Position numbers and translations under genes: made by a program. A model generated the notes under the pieces. The model saw only the letters and a program-made list of their open reading frames with translations, searched no databases and was not told the origin of the DNA. A stretch of DNA of 14,192 nucleotides from Tubiluchus corallicola (taxonomy: Eukaryota; Animalia; Priapulida): assembly GCA_030141605.1 (NCBI GenBank), contig JAQGDQ010002122.1:1-14192 (forward strand), read 5' to 3'. Position 1 is the stretch's first letter. Each line of letters begins with the position of its first letter. Positions 1-10,462 of the stretch are shown here, piece after piece.

Positions 1-357
1 CACTACACCACCCAATGCATCCTGTAGTTAAAACTAGTGGAGTGCTGCTTCAGAAATTTTTAGCCATTGTTTTAAGACTGTGCGAAACGGAACAAACATA
101 GGTAATTGTAAACAAACAAACATAAAAAAAATTTATACATAAGCTGGATAAAAATCCTAAACAAAAATTTTTTGCCTAAAATGCCGCATTTCAAGAATAT
201 ACCGGTAGTTAAGCACGTGACAACAGAAAACAAACAGTATGAGCGACAGTACTTTCTCTAGCTAGCAGCAGATGCTAGCAGTGCAACGCACAGCGTGTTA
301 TCTCAGACAGGTTTATAAATGAATTTAAACCTCATAATCTTTTATTTATTGTATAAT

Positions 358-480
358 ACTTTTTCATAAAAACTGTCTAAGCAACTAATTACACGTGTGA
401 TGTGCGACAAGTGCTTCCACAAGCATACACGGTCTAGTCTTATGAACAAAACTGCACTGAAATTTCTGACAAATTATTTA
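358..480 (+). repeat. Copy 1 of a 123-bp dispersed direct repeat (partner at 1096-1218); probably part of a non-autonomous DNA transposon end
   Basis: Ungapped manual alignment with 1096-1218 gives 13 mismatches in 123 bp (about 89% identity), from ACTTTTTCATAAA to TTCTGACAAATTATTTA. Confidence 0.95.
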
Positions 481-490
481 GTGGCGACTA

Positions 491-493
<3 letters not shown>

Positions 494-563
<70 letters not shown>
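494..563. repeat. (TA)35 dinucleotide microsatellite
   Basis: Uninterrupted TA alternation for 70 bp. Confidence 0.99.
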
Positions 564-565
<2 letters not shown>

Positions 566-1095
566 GTTGTTATTTTTCTGTACAAGACTTTAATCCCGTA
601 CAAGGATTTAATTAAAAGACCTGCTACACAATAAACTGAAGTGACTGAACCAACACTCAGGCGCCAAGCTGTAAAATTTCAATTAGATAATTAGATAATC
701 CATTGGGATTATCCTAACGAGATTGAACTGCCTTAGCTAGCAGACATAGGCAAGTTATTAAAATTGACATTAATAAGCAATTGAATGATAAGGCTGATAA
801 AAATTTGATCACTAATGTTTCGCCATAAAAATTGAAGCAATAAAATTTAAATGGCGATCTTCACAGTTCAATTCAGAAGGTGAAATACTCTATTTCTACA
901 AAGAAGAAGCAACGTAGCCTACAGTAATTAGTGTAAAAATAGAATAAAAGCATGAAAGTCACACGAAAATGCACTAACCGTTCTGTAATCTTTAAACAAA
1001 CCTTGAGGGCTTGAAGAGCAGAACATTCTAGAAGTGGCGGTAAGTATAACATTTCGAAACTCCAAAGTTTCACTGTAGCTGCAAGAATGTGGTTC

Positions 1096-1218
1096 ACTTT
1101 TTCATAAACATTGTCTAAGCAACCAATTACACGTGTGATGTGCGATAACTGCATTCACGAGCATACACGCTCTAATCTTAAAAACAAAACTGCACTGAAA
1201 ATTCTGACAAATTATTTA
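1096..1218 (+). repeat. Copy 2 of the 123-bp dispersed direct repeat
   Basis: About 89% identical to 358-480, same orientation, 738 bp downstream. Confidence 0.95.
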
Positions 1219-3693
1219 CCTTCTTGTTTAAGTGACTCAAAATAAGAAGCACGAAAAACATTAACAACTGTTATTCAAAATTTCAGTATTTACAAACATT
1301 CTAATCGTTTGCCAGTGCCTCCCTGTGGAATTGGTCATTGTCGATAACGCAAACGAAAGGACAATAAATTTCAGCTTATTTTCCTAACTGCCATTGACTA
1401 ATGAGAGTTCTGACCTTTTTATACAGACGTTGCTGTCCTTATAAAAACACAAACACTCGCAAAACATTTGCGAGGAGACTCATTGTTTCAGTTATCACTA
1501 AATAAGCTTTTCCACAGTTCCAGCGCTTGATGATGATCGTGAAAAGGTCAAAGGTTAAGTGTACCAGACAACGCATTTCTGTACACTTGACAACGCCTCG
1601 CAGCCCAAGCTACTGTAGCAGTAACAGTTTTAACAGCTAGCTACAACCTTGCTTAGTTCATTTTTTTCTTGTTCGCAAGCAAAATCCTGTTAATAAATCA
1701 CTCTAATGCATAATTAAGTAAAGTCCGCGTAAAACAACTGAAGTTACTGAACTGATGCGACAGAAAGTTTGTCTTACACACTTTTGTCATGTCACATGAC
1801 GATTGTAGTTAAGACGCGTTGCTGTGGCATACTTAACCTTTGACAACGAGACTTGACAACAACGTGAAAAGGCTAATTACTAAGGCGTTCTTGGATGCTG
1901 AAACACTTTGTTTTGCTGTTAGAAAACAACCTCAAAGCTACTGCCTTTTAGGACGCCCTGTACATGCCTTGGGCACCAAATTCGACCTCGTTGAATTCTC
2001 TGGCTTTAAGTGTTTTTTCATGGCACGTGCCCTTAATTGGCTGTAGCAAGTAATTTACTTTATGACTAAAACTGGGCTGTTGCGTTTGCTTTACCAGAAT
2101 CATTTCACAGTGAGCACGCGCTTCAATTCTTCGTGAGCTAGAAGCTATGCGTCCTCCTCGTGAGGAATTTTACAGCATCGTAGAAACACTGCACGTTCCA
2201 TTTTCGTGAGGAATCCTCGAGGAATTCAGTCTTAAATTTAACTACTTGATTACTTCTTTCTTATTTAACGAACAACAATTAACACATTTCAGCATAAAAT
2301 TATAAGATTTAATCTTTATTTTAACAGATTGACTGATTAACAGATTTTTTTGTTCTATTTTAATGCAACATCGATAGCTATATTCGTGAAAAAGAACAAT
2401 AACGCACACAATATCTGTAATAATTTGCAATCATTTTATTGTAAAACGTATACAATGTTCACAGACCATAAAATTGAACAAACAGTCATAAAGTTAGCAA
2501 TATAAAATTTTACAGTAGAAATTTTGCATCCTGTCTCAATGCTGTCTCTAGATCAACTGAAACTTGCATGCCTGAGAGAATAAAGCTGTAATCACATGAC
2601 CAGATATACAAGTTCCTATTGGAAGGTACATTCCATTCATGCATACAGACCATAAATGGAAAGGTCACCTATACTCTACAGACTACTAGTCAAACCAAAA
2701 TCAAAGTCTACTTGGCTTCTTTGATAGCAGGATAAAGATTATTGGTTTACAGAAAGCTGTGTTATAATGTTATAATTTTTCTCTATTTAAACTTGAATAA
2801 GAGAGTTAGATCCAGAATTAAAGCATGAAATTAACAATCTAATTACTCTGATTATTGAATATTTATAAAAGTAAAAGGAAACAATATTTAGAAAGAAAAA
2901 TCAATTTCTGACAAACTTTGTACAATTAGAGTAAACCAACGACTGTAGATGGCAGCATAGACTAATTCAGTACTTTAGTGTAGTAGATTGACAATTAAAT
3001 GGATCACATAATACCACAATTGCGTACTCGGTACAATAAGCGGCAATATCTATTTTATATATGTATATATTCAGATTTTGAAGTAGAACGTTACTAAAAA
3101 ACAAACGAGTCTGACATTACATTGATTATCATTATTAGCTGTACTTTGTATATGAGAAAAACGGCAAGCTTAACTTAATTTAGACAAGATTATACAGTAT
3201 AAAACTCGCAAAGTGGCAGCAGTTAATTGGACGCGCGGAAAAAACCCAGCGGTTTCACTGTGTAATGAACTTTGCTACTGCATGGGATTTCGAGAAGAAA
3301 CAGAAATTTTCTAATATTCTGACAGCAATTCCTTGCGTCATTTTTCCCTGCCTCCTCGGTGTGAGATGGGACTTAGTAACGTAAGTTTTAAGCAGAGAGG
3401 CGGAGGCTGGCCTATCCAATAAGTCCGTTGTTGTCCTCAGTGATTTCCTCAGTGAACGTTTTGTCATCGTGAAGAAATAAAATCAAATGATTTTATTGGC
3501 AAATTAAACAGGAAATTCCGCGTTTAGCAAACGCGACAGATTACCAATATCTTTTCCACTTACTCTATTCATTTGCTCACCTGTCGTTTTTCGAAAGCAA
3601 GATTGATCCTCTTTCTAAATATGGAGTTAGATTTGAGAAAAACTCTGAGAATTGAGTGCATGTAGTGTCGTTAAAAATTTACGTAAGTCTTAA

Positions 3694-3795
3694 TGGTACA
3701 CGGTAAAAAATGGCACGGTAAAAAATGGAACAGTAAAAATGACACGGTAAAAATGGCACAGTAAAAATGACACAGTAAAATGACATATGAAAAAA
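3694..3795 (+). repeat. Short tandem array, about 7 copies of a 13-17-bp unit, consensus TGRCACRGTAAAAA
   Basis: Units read TGGTACACGGTAAAAAA, TGGCACGGTAAAAAA (3711), TGGAACAGTAAAAA (3726), TGACACGGTAAAAA (3740), TGGCACAGTAAAAA (3754), TGACACAGTAAAA (3768), TGACATATGAAAAAA (3781). Confidence 0.95.
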
Positions 3796-4806
3796 GAGCA
3801 CTGGGCTGCAGATGCACAGGCACCTCGATAGCCCCTCTACCTTTATTCTAAAGTATGGCATTGGTTACAAACTAGTGTTAATATTACACCTGAAAATACC
3901 AGTAGTTTAAACACAAATCTTCTGAATTATTTTTCTGCAAATATCTCGGCTCTTATTGGCTAAAATTCTCATACCCTTTGCTTTCAACCAATCAGGTTTC
4001 GTTTTGGCTCAGACTCATACATGTACACTAGTTTGAGAAAGTTAGAAAGGGAAGGTCAACATATGCTGTACTTTGTAGTTACAGCCGTAAACAGGTTGAG
4101 CAGAAGTGGTTCGTCTTCGTTTCTATGCTTGCTTCTGACTAGGCCTAGAGTTTTCCTGCTACCAGCTGCATGGAGAGAGTAGATACAGTTTCTTTAGGTG
4201 GTTTACGTCGCTGTCATGCTTTCCTTTAATTTTCTACAGTCAGTCGTGACTCAATTAATTTAGCCATTGCAGATAATCTAAATTCTTTCAGCTGGATTTA
4301 ACAAACAACAATTATAGCTAACAGTGTTATTTAATTCAACTGTTCTTTATTCTAGTTATGTTGAAACCATTATTGAGCTGCTCCGCCCACGTTTCTGCAG
4401 CCGGTATCACGCCACCGCGAGGCGCCACCAGCTGTTCAGTGTTATCTATATTCTAAGACATAAAACACGGAAATCATAATTATAACCGAATCCGCATTAG
4501 TTCCCCTGCTGCTCTCACACATGTTTGTGCTGCTTTGAAAATAAAAGCGACCTTTATAATACATAATAATCACGTACACTCCTACTGCTGTGCAGGTCGT
4601 ATGACAAAGCTTATGTGTTTCCGAGTTTATTACAGAATATCGTAGATCAAAGAAAATGTCAGCTAGTTGATTACATGTCAGTAAAAGCGTCACAGCCACA
4701 TATTACAGTCTGCACTAATGCACAAATTGCTAATTATAATCGAACAGCCTTACCTAGAGAAATATTATTCAAACAATAATAATGGTACCGTCAAATGTAT
4801 CCTAAC

Positions 4807-5593
4807 CTTAGACTACGTGTATAGTCACTGTGGTCAGTGTTGCCATGCGCTTAGACCACGTGTATAGTCACTGTGGTCAGTGTTGCCATGCACTTAGACC
4901 ACGTGTATAGTCACTGTGGTCAGTGTTGCCATGCGCTTAGACCACGTGTATAGTCACTGTGGTCAGTGTTGCCATGGGCTTAGACTACGTGTATAGTCAC
5001 TGTGTTCAGTGTTGCCATGGGCTTAGACTACGTGTATAGTCACTGTGGTCAGTGTTGCCATGCTCTTAGACCGCGGGTATAGTCACTGTGGTCAGTGTTG
5101 CCATGCTCTTAGACCGCGTGTATAGTCATTGTGGTCAGTGTTGCTATGCTCTTAGACCACGTGTATAGTCACTGTGATCAGTGTTGCCATGCACTTAGAT
5201 CACGTGTATAGTCACTGTGGTCAGTGTTGCCATGGGCTTAGACTACGTGTATAGTCACTGTGGTCAGTGTTGCCATGGGCTTAGACTACGTGTATAGTCA
5301 CTGTGGTCAGTGTTGCCATGGGCTTAGACTACGTGTATAGTCACTGTGGTCAGTGTTGCCATGGGCTTAGACTACGTGTATAGTCACTGTGGTCAGTGTT
5401 GCCATGGGCTTAGACCGCGTGTATAGTCACTGTGGTCAGTGTTGCCATGCTCTTAGACCGCGGGTATAGTCACTGTGGTCAGTGTTGCCATGCTCTTAGA
5501 CCGCGTGTATAGTCGCTGTGGTCAGTGTTGCCATGCTTTTAGACCGCGCGTATATTCACTGTGGTCATTGTTTCCACGCACTTAGACCACGCA
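4807..5593 (+). repeat. 43-bp minisatellite, 18 full copies plus a partial copy
   Basis: Unit CTTAGACYRCGTGTATAGTCACTGTGGTCAGTGTTGCCATGSN starts at 4807, 4850, 4893 and so on to 5538 and 5581, with exact 43-bp periodicity, no indels and no spacers. Confidence 0.99.
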
Positions 5594-5648
5594 CTTAGAT
5601 CGTCACAAACTAACTCATCTGAAATGAGCGGTGCAACACCTGTTCAAT

Positions 5649-5677
5649 GTGTGGTAATAATTCTTTCACGTAAGTCA
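5649..5677 (+). repeat. Copy 1 of an exact 29-bp direct repeat (partner at 6742-6770)
   Basis: GTGTGGTAATAATTCTTTCACGTAAGTCA occurs identically at 5649 and 6742. Confidence 0.95.
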
Positions 5678-6741
5678 CGTGAACAGCAAATCATATTATT
5701 ATCAGAATCAATCAATCGTGTCATAAGCGAATAACAACATTCTCGTATAAATATAACATCAAAATAGGAATATTTTGAGCATATTATGTTGGCGTATGAT
5801 CATATAAGGATACATAACTTCCTCTACTGATTATATAAACACGACATATCGGATTAATTCCTTGATTTCGGAGCTTATGCGCCAACAGTTGTACTAATAT
5901 CAGAAGTAGTATATTATACTGGACAGAAATGACAAGACTAAGATCCAAGGCATATTTAGCAACGCCTTACATCCGGCGTTAAGCTTACATGGCTAATTGC
6001 AGATAACACGACATTTCAATTATAATAGAAGCCAAGCTAGATCTTTAACTAATTGTGATGACTTTCAGACGTACATGTCTATTATCAGCAGTAATAAGCT
6101 ACCATTGAGCTTAAAGCTACACGAATATATTAATATAATACATCCACGTAAAAAATAATACAAGTCCCTTGTGAACTAGATTACGTATCTTCATTACTTA
6201 GAAACCTTTCAAATGCGCAGGTATAATTACCACCTGTGTTGTATTTGTATGCTGAGACTCTATGCGTGGTTTGTGGCATTACTCGCTTTTCTCGGCTGAT
6301 TGCAATTTGTTTATTAAAGGCTTGCATCCATGCGATGTTTACTACATTTCCGGTAAAACCCCAAGAGAGTACAATAAGTTTTTTGTGTCGCTTTGAACGT
6401 TCTACGGACATCGCAATGTCAAGTGCGTCGTTAATATGTAGTTTGTTATGCCGATCGTAAACGGTGTAAAAAATTATACAAGTCAAATTTGAATCTGCAT
6501 AAATAGTAGGTTTATGTCTTTATAAAATGTTTTCAAGAATTGGTAACAGTATTTTTAGGTGACTGAAGACATGTAATGTCTACGAGCAGAAATTAAGAAT
6601 AAGATTAAAATTAAAAGATGATTTTTCATATACTACCTCATTTTCAAGTCAGGTGAGGAGCATAAATTTTAACAAGATTAATACTGCAAAAGCGTTTCTG
6701 AAAATTAAAATAATTGTCAATTCGAACGCGAAATTGTGTTA

Positions 6742-6770
6742 GTGTGGTAATAATTCTTTCACGTAAGTCA
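6742..6770 (+). repeat. Copy 2 of the exact 29-bp direct repeat
   Basis: Identical to 5649-5677, 1093 bp downstream. Confidence 0.95.
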
Positions 6771-6869
6771 GTTTTAGAAAAATAGCATGTTTCCTTTCAA
6801 TATTTTAAAGTGTAGATTGTTTTGACATACAGTTTAAGATTCTGTCCGGTTTTGCTTTTTAAAGTAAGA

Positions 6870-7020
6870 CCAAGATATCCAAAGTATCCGATCTAGAGCA
6901 ACTCACAAATCTCGAGCCTATCGAAAATGCGAAGCCACTATCTTTCAGAACTGGAAAAGCAAGTTAGAGCGGTTGAGTGTAAACAGCGTTTTGCAACACC
7001 AACACAAATTATTTGAAAAT
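6870..7020 (+). pseudogene. Possible heavily decayed Tc1-family transposase fragment around the third catalytic residue
   Basis: With frameshifts, 6900-6928 reads N-S-(x)-N-L-E-P-I-E-N (compare Tc1 motif SPDLNPIEN) and 6948-6971 reads ELEKQVRA (compare ELERRL/VR). Needs several indels, so support is weak. Confidence 0.3.
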
Positions 7021-7535
7021 TGAACATTTTGTGTAGCCTATCTATATCTGTGACGCGACATAGATCTACTGCTTCTGTCGCAGAAAATGCAATTATTTCT
7101 ACAGAGCATGAAAAATAAATGAGGCATGTTCGCCGAGCTGTTTCTTATCCAGTCACGCAGAAACGAAGCAGAGACGGCAGCAGCCATGTATTCTGAACAC
7201 ACGAGTTGAATCTTAAGGAAGCCTATATTTGCATTAAATATTTTTATTATCATCGAGTTGCCACAATAATGGACTGCAAGAGACATAGGACAGAGAAGCG
7301 CATTTCGTTTGCAGACCTAGTACTATTTGAACCTAACCCTTCTTTACTAATCGTACTGTATACCGGTGTGAATATCTGTCCGACTCGGACTGTTATAGTA
7401 AATAAGTAAAATTCATAAGGGAAACCAATAATTAAATTTAGGAAAACTTGGCCACCATCTCGGAGACAATAATTACTGTACTATACATGTAAATGAATAG
7501 AGCTCAGATATTTTATGTGCAAACCTATGCTACAT

Positions 7536-7754
7536 GGGTGGGGTAGCTCAATGCTAGCGTGCTCGCTTACCACCAGGGAGGTCGTAGGTTCAACTCATAC
7601 CGAGTCATACCAAAGACATAAAATATGGTATCGCTGGTTCTTCGATCAAGCACACGGGTTTATCGTACCAACATGCGGTAATAATAATCGGGACCACGTG
7701 AGAAATAAGTATTGTTAAGTTGTTATATCGTCCTAAATGAAATTATTACTATTA
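7536..7754 (+). mobile_element. tRNA-derived SINE (SINE2), probably with a Meta/MESC-type central domain
   Basis: 5' GGGTGGGG, A box TAGCTCAATGC (7544-7554), B box GGTTCAACTC (7587-7596), central GTCATACCAAAGACATAAAATATGGTA (7604-7630) resembling the metazoan SINE core as I recall it, (TTA)-like tail near 7742-7754, and an imperfect 10-bp TSD TATGCTACAT (7526-7535) / TATGCTATGT (7755-7764). Confidence 0.85.
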
Positions 7755-8213
7755 TATGCTATGTACTAAATATACAGTTTGTTGCCATTGTGTATATTGC
7801 TGCCATTGCTGATACATATCCCCTAGTATCAAAGAACTGTATGTAGAAGGATATTTACAGAATATATAAAAGTATTGAGACGAATCTTAAACTTGCCAAT
7901 AAATTTCTATCACAGCATGACATTGTGTACTGCTGATATGCTTTCTCTGCTATTAGCTACCATGCTAATGCTTATAGACCTGTCGACATATAAAGCATAA
8001 CGAATATGTAATTGAATGTTTCACAGTTAATGATATTAATGAAATGTTGTATTCGCTACTAACAACGTAATGTTTATACTAATGTAAATAGCACTACTTA
8101 CCCTATTATATTAATGCAACATTGTGTGAATAAAGATGATATAATATATAAAACCTTCCTATAACATGAACAATAACAACTTATATATAACGTATAATTA
8201 GTACTTAACTTAC

Positions 8214-8436
8214 CGTTTTTGGACGGGGTCATCCTGTTACATGTATAAAGGCTGCTAAAACTTCTGGAAACTTGCAGCTTCATGGATTTTCCTCAAATCA
8301 GAGAGCTTTTCTGCGAAGCCTGGTTTTGCTGGCCTCTTGATTGTAACATTTAATAGTTAAGAAGGTGCCAGTACTGTTACAGGTTTGTCTTTCGTCAGCG
8401 TCGGGTAGATCCTCATTAACAGTTTTATCAACGTCA
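8214..8436 (-). other. Candidate spliced exon (223 nt); 5'UTR plus possible start MKLQVSRSFSSLYTCNRMTPSKN, or a non-coding exon
   Basis: Minus strand: acceptor TTTTTCTTTTCAG ends at 8437 and donor CG|GTAAGT begins at 8213. All three frames contain stops. The ATG at 8283 is open to the donor (phase 1). Confidence 0.45.
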
Positions 8437-8649
8437 CTGAAAAGAAAAATTAATGAAGTCAAAAAAGCTACTAGATGGATAACTACAAGAACATCGTATA
8501 AGTTAATCGTTAAAGGAAAACAGTACGAGTGTGGATATTATTTCAAAATAAAGTATACTGTAAAACGTTTAAAACTATAACAACCCTTTTTCAATCAAAG
8601 CTCACATTAAATAGTAAATACCTCGGATAGTTAAATTTCGTTAAACTTT

Positions 8650-8900
8650 CAAGCTACGCGCTGCTCAGAGAATCCACTAAAACTGGCAATGGCGCTTTTT
8701 TGTCACGTTCGCGTGGCCGACAAATAAGGGCGGTACCATGATAAGCATAATTGTGACCTGCCGTTTTCGTCTGTGACGCAGAGTTGATTTTTATGACATC
8801 ACATCAACGTCTTACAGCAATCTTCGCTTACGCAAACGTGCTTGACGCGCGGGGAAGATGCTTGCCATTGCACAAACTGTAGTTAGTTTGTGACGTAAGC
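8650..8900. promoter_or_regulatory. CpG-rich candidate promoter, possibly bidirectional
   Basis: Local GC and CpG enrichment against an AT-rich background, with AATGGCG (YY1-like), GGGCGG (GC box) and several TGACG/TGACATCA (CRE-like) sites. Outward-facing donor-like sites lie at 8621 (minus, GAG|GTATTT) and 8939 (plus, AAG|GTAATT). Confidence 0.4.
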
Positions 8901-9464
8901 GATAGTTGTGTTCGTTTGCTGTTAACTAACTTTCCAAGGTAATTATTCAGATGTTAAATACAATTGCTAACTATTATAGGCACGAAAATGTATATTTTGG
9001 ACAGTAAATTAAAATGAGATTGAGTCTAATCAATCGTATGGTTTTCCTTTAAGGCCCTGAACCCGTAATTTCGCTTCTGGAATGTAGTGACCGGCCTATC
9101 TTTGTTTAGCTATTTATAGCTGGTTATTAATTCTTGCTTTGGGATTATGTTTATTGGAATTTAGTTGGCAATTTGAGAAATAGAACATTGGAACTAAAAT
9201 CAACTAATGTGATGATATGGATTTGAAGTGGCACTTACTGAATGCAGACATTAAATTCAAATTCTTATATTTATGTTTATAGATGATATTGTTAAATCGT
9301 AACTGCCTAATATTCTTTATTGTGACTGATGAAACTCCTTGACAATTTGCAAGGAATTTACTATAAGTGGCGATGAATGCCCTTGTGGACCGTTTTTACA
9401 AGTTCCCTTTTTTACAGACTTGAATGGATAAACAAGCCGGAATCCAACACGTTCAGTGAGTTAA

Positions 9465-10462
<998 letters not shown>

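Noticed and set aside
358-1218. LTR pair of a TRIM or LTR retroelement
   Set aside because: The 123-bp repeats lack TG...CA ends, and I see no primer-binding site, polypurine tract or TSD.
3679-3861. 60-aa ORF
   Set aside because: It overlaps the 14-15-bp tandem array and the peptide simply reflects the repeat.
873-4699. Other short ORFs (873-1154, 1840-2046, 2242-2430, 3255-3467, 4442-4699)
   Set aside because: They are 62-93 aa with composition typical of random AT-rich DNA and no motif I recognise. The first overlaps a repeat copy.
4754-4801. Minus-strand coding exon next to the minisatellite (donor AG|GTAAGG)
   Set aside because: All three frames contain stops and the acceptor has no pyrimidine tract.
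4807-5593. CRISPR array
   Set aside because: The units are head-to-tail with no unique spacers, variation is limited to a few substitutions, no cas-like ORFs are present and the context is eukaryotic.
6181-6486. 101-aa minus ORF and overlapping 74-aa plus ORF as genes
   Set aside because: Both use non-ATG starts, have no recognisable domain and have no convincing splice context.
7536-7610. Functional tRNA gene
   Set aside because: It has A and B boxes but no convincing acceptor stem or T-run terminator, and it continues into a SINE core, tail and TSD.
7515-7718. 67-aa ORF
   Set aside because: It lies almost entirely within the SINE and is a chance open frame.
9326-9345. Second hammerhead at CTGATGA
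   Set aside because: The core heptamer is present but no stem II followed by GAAA and a cleavage triplet can be built.
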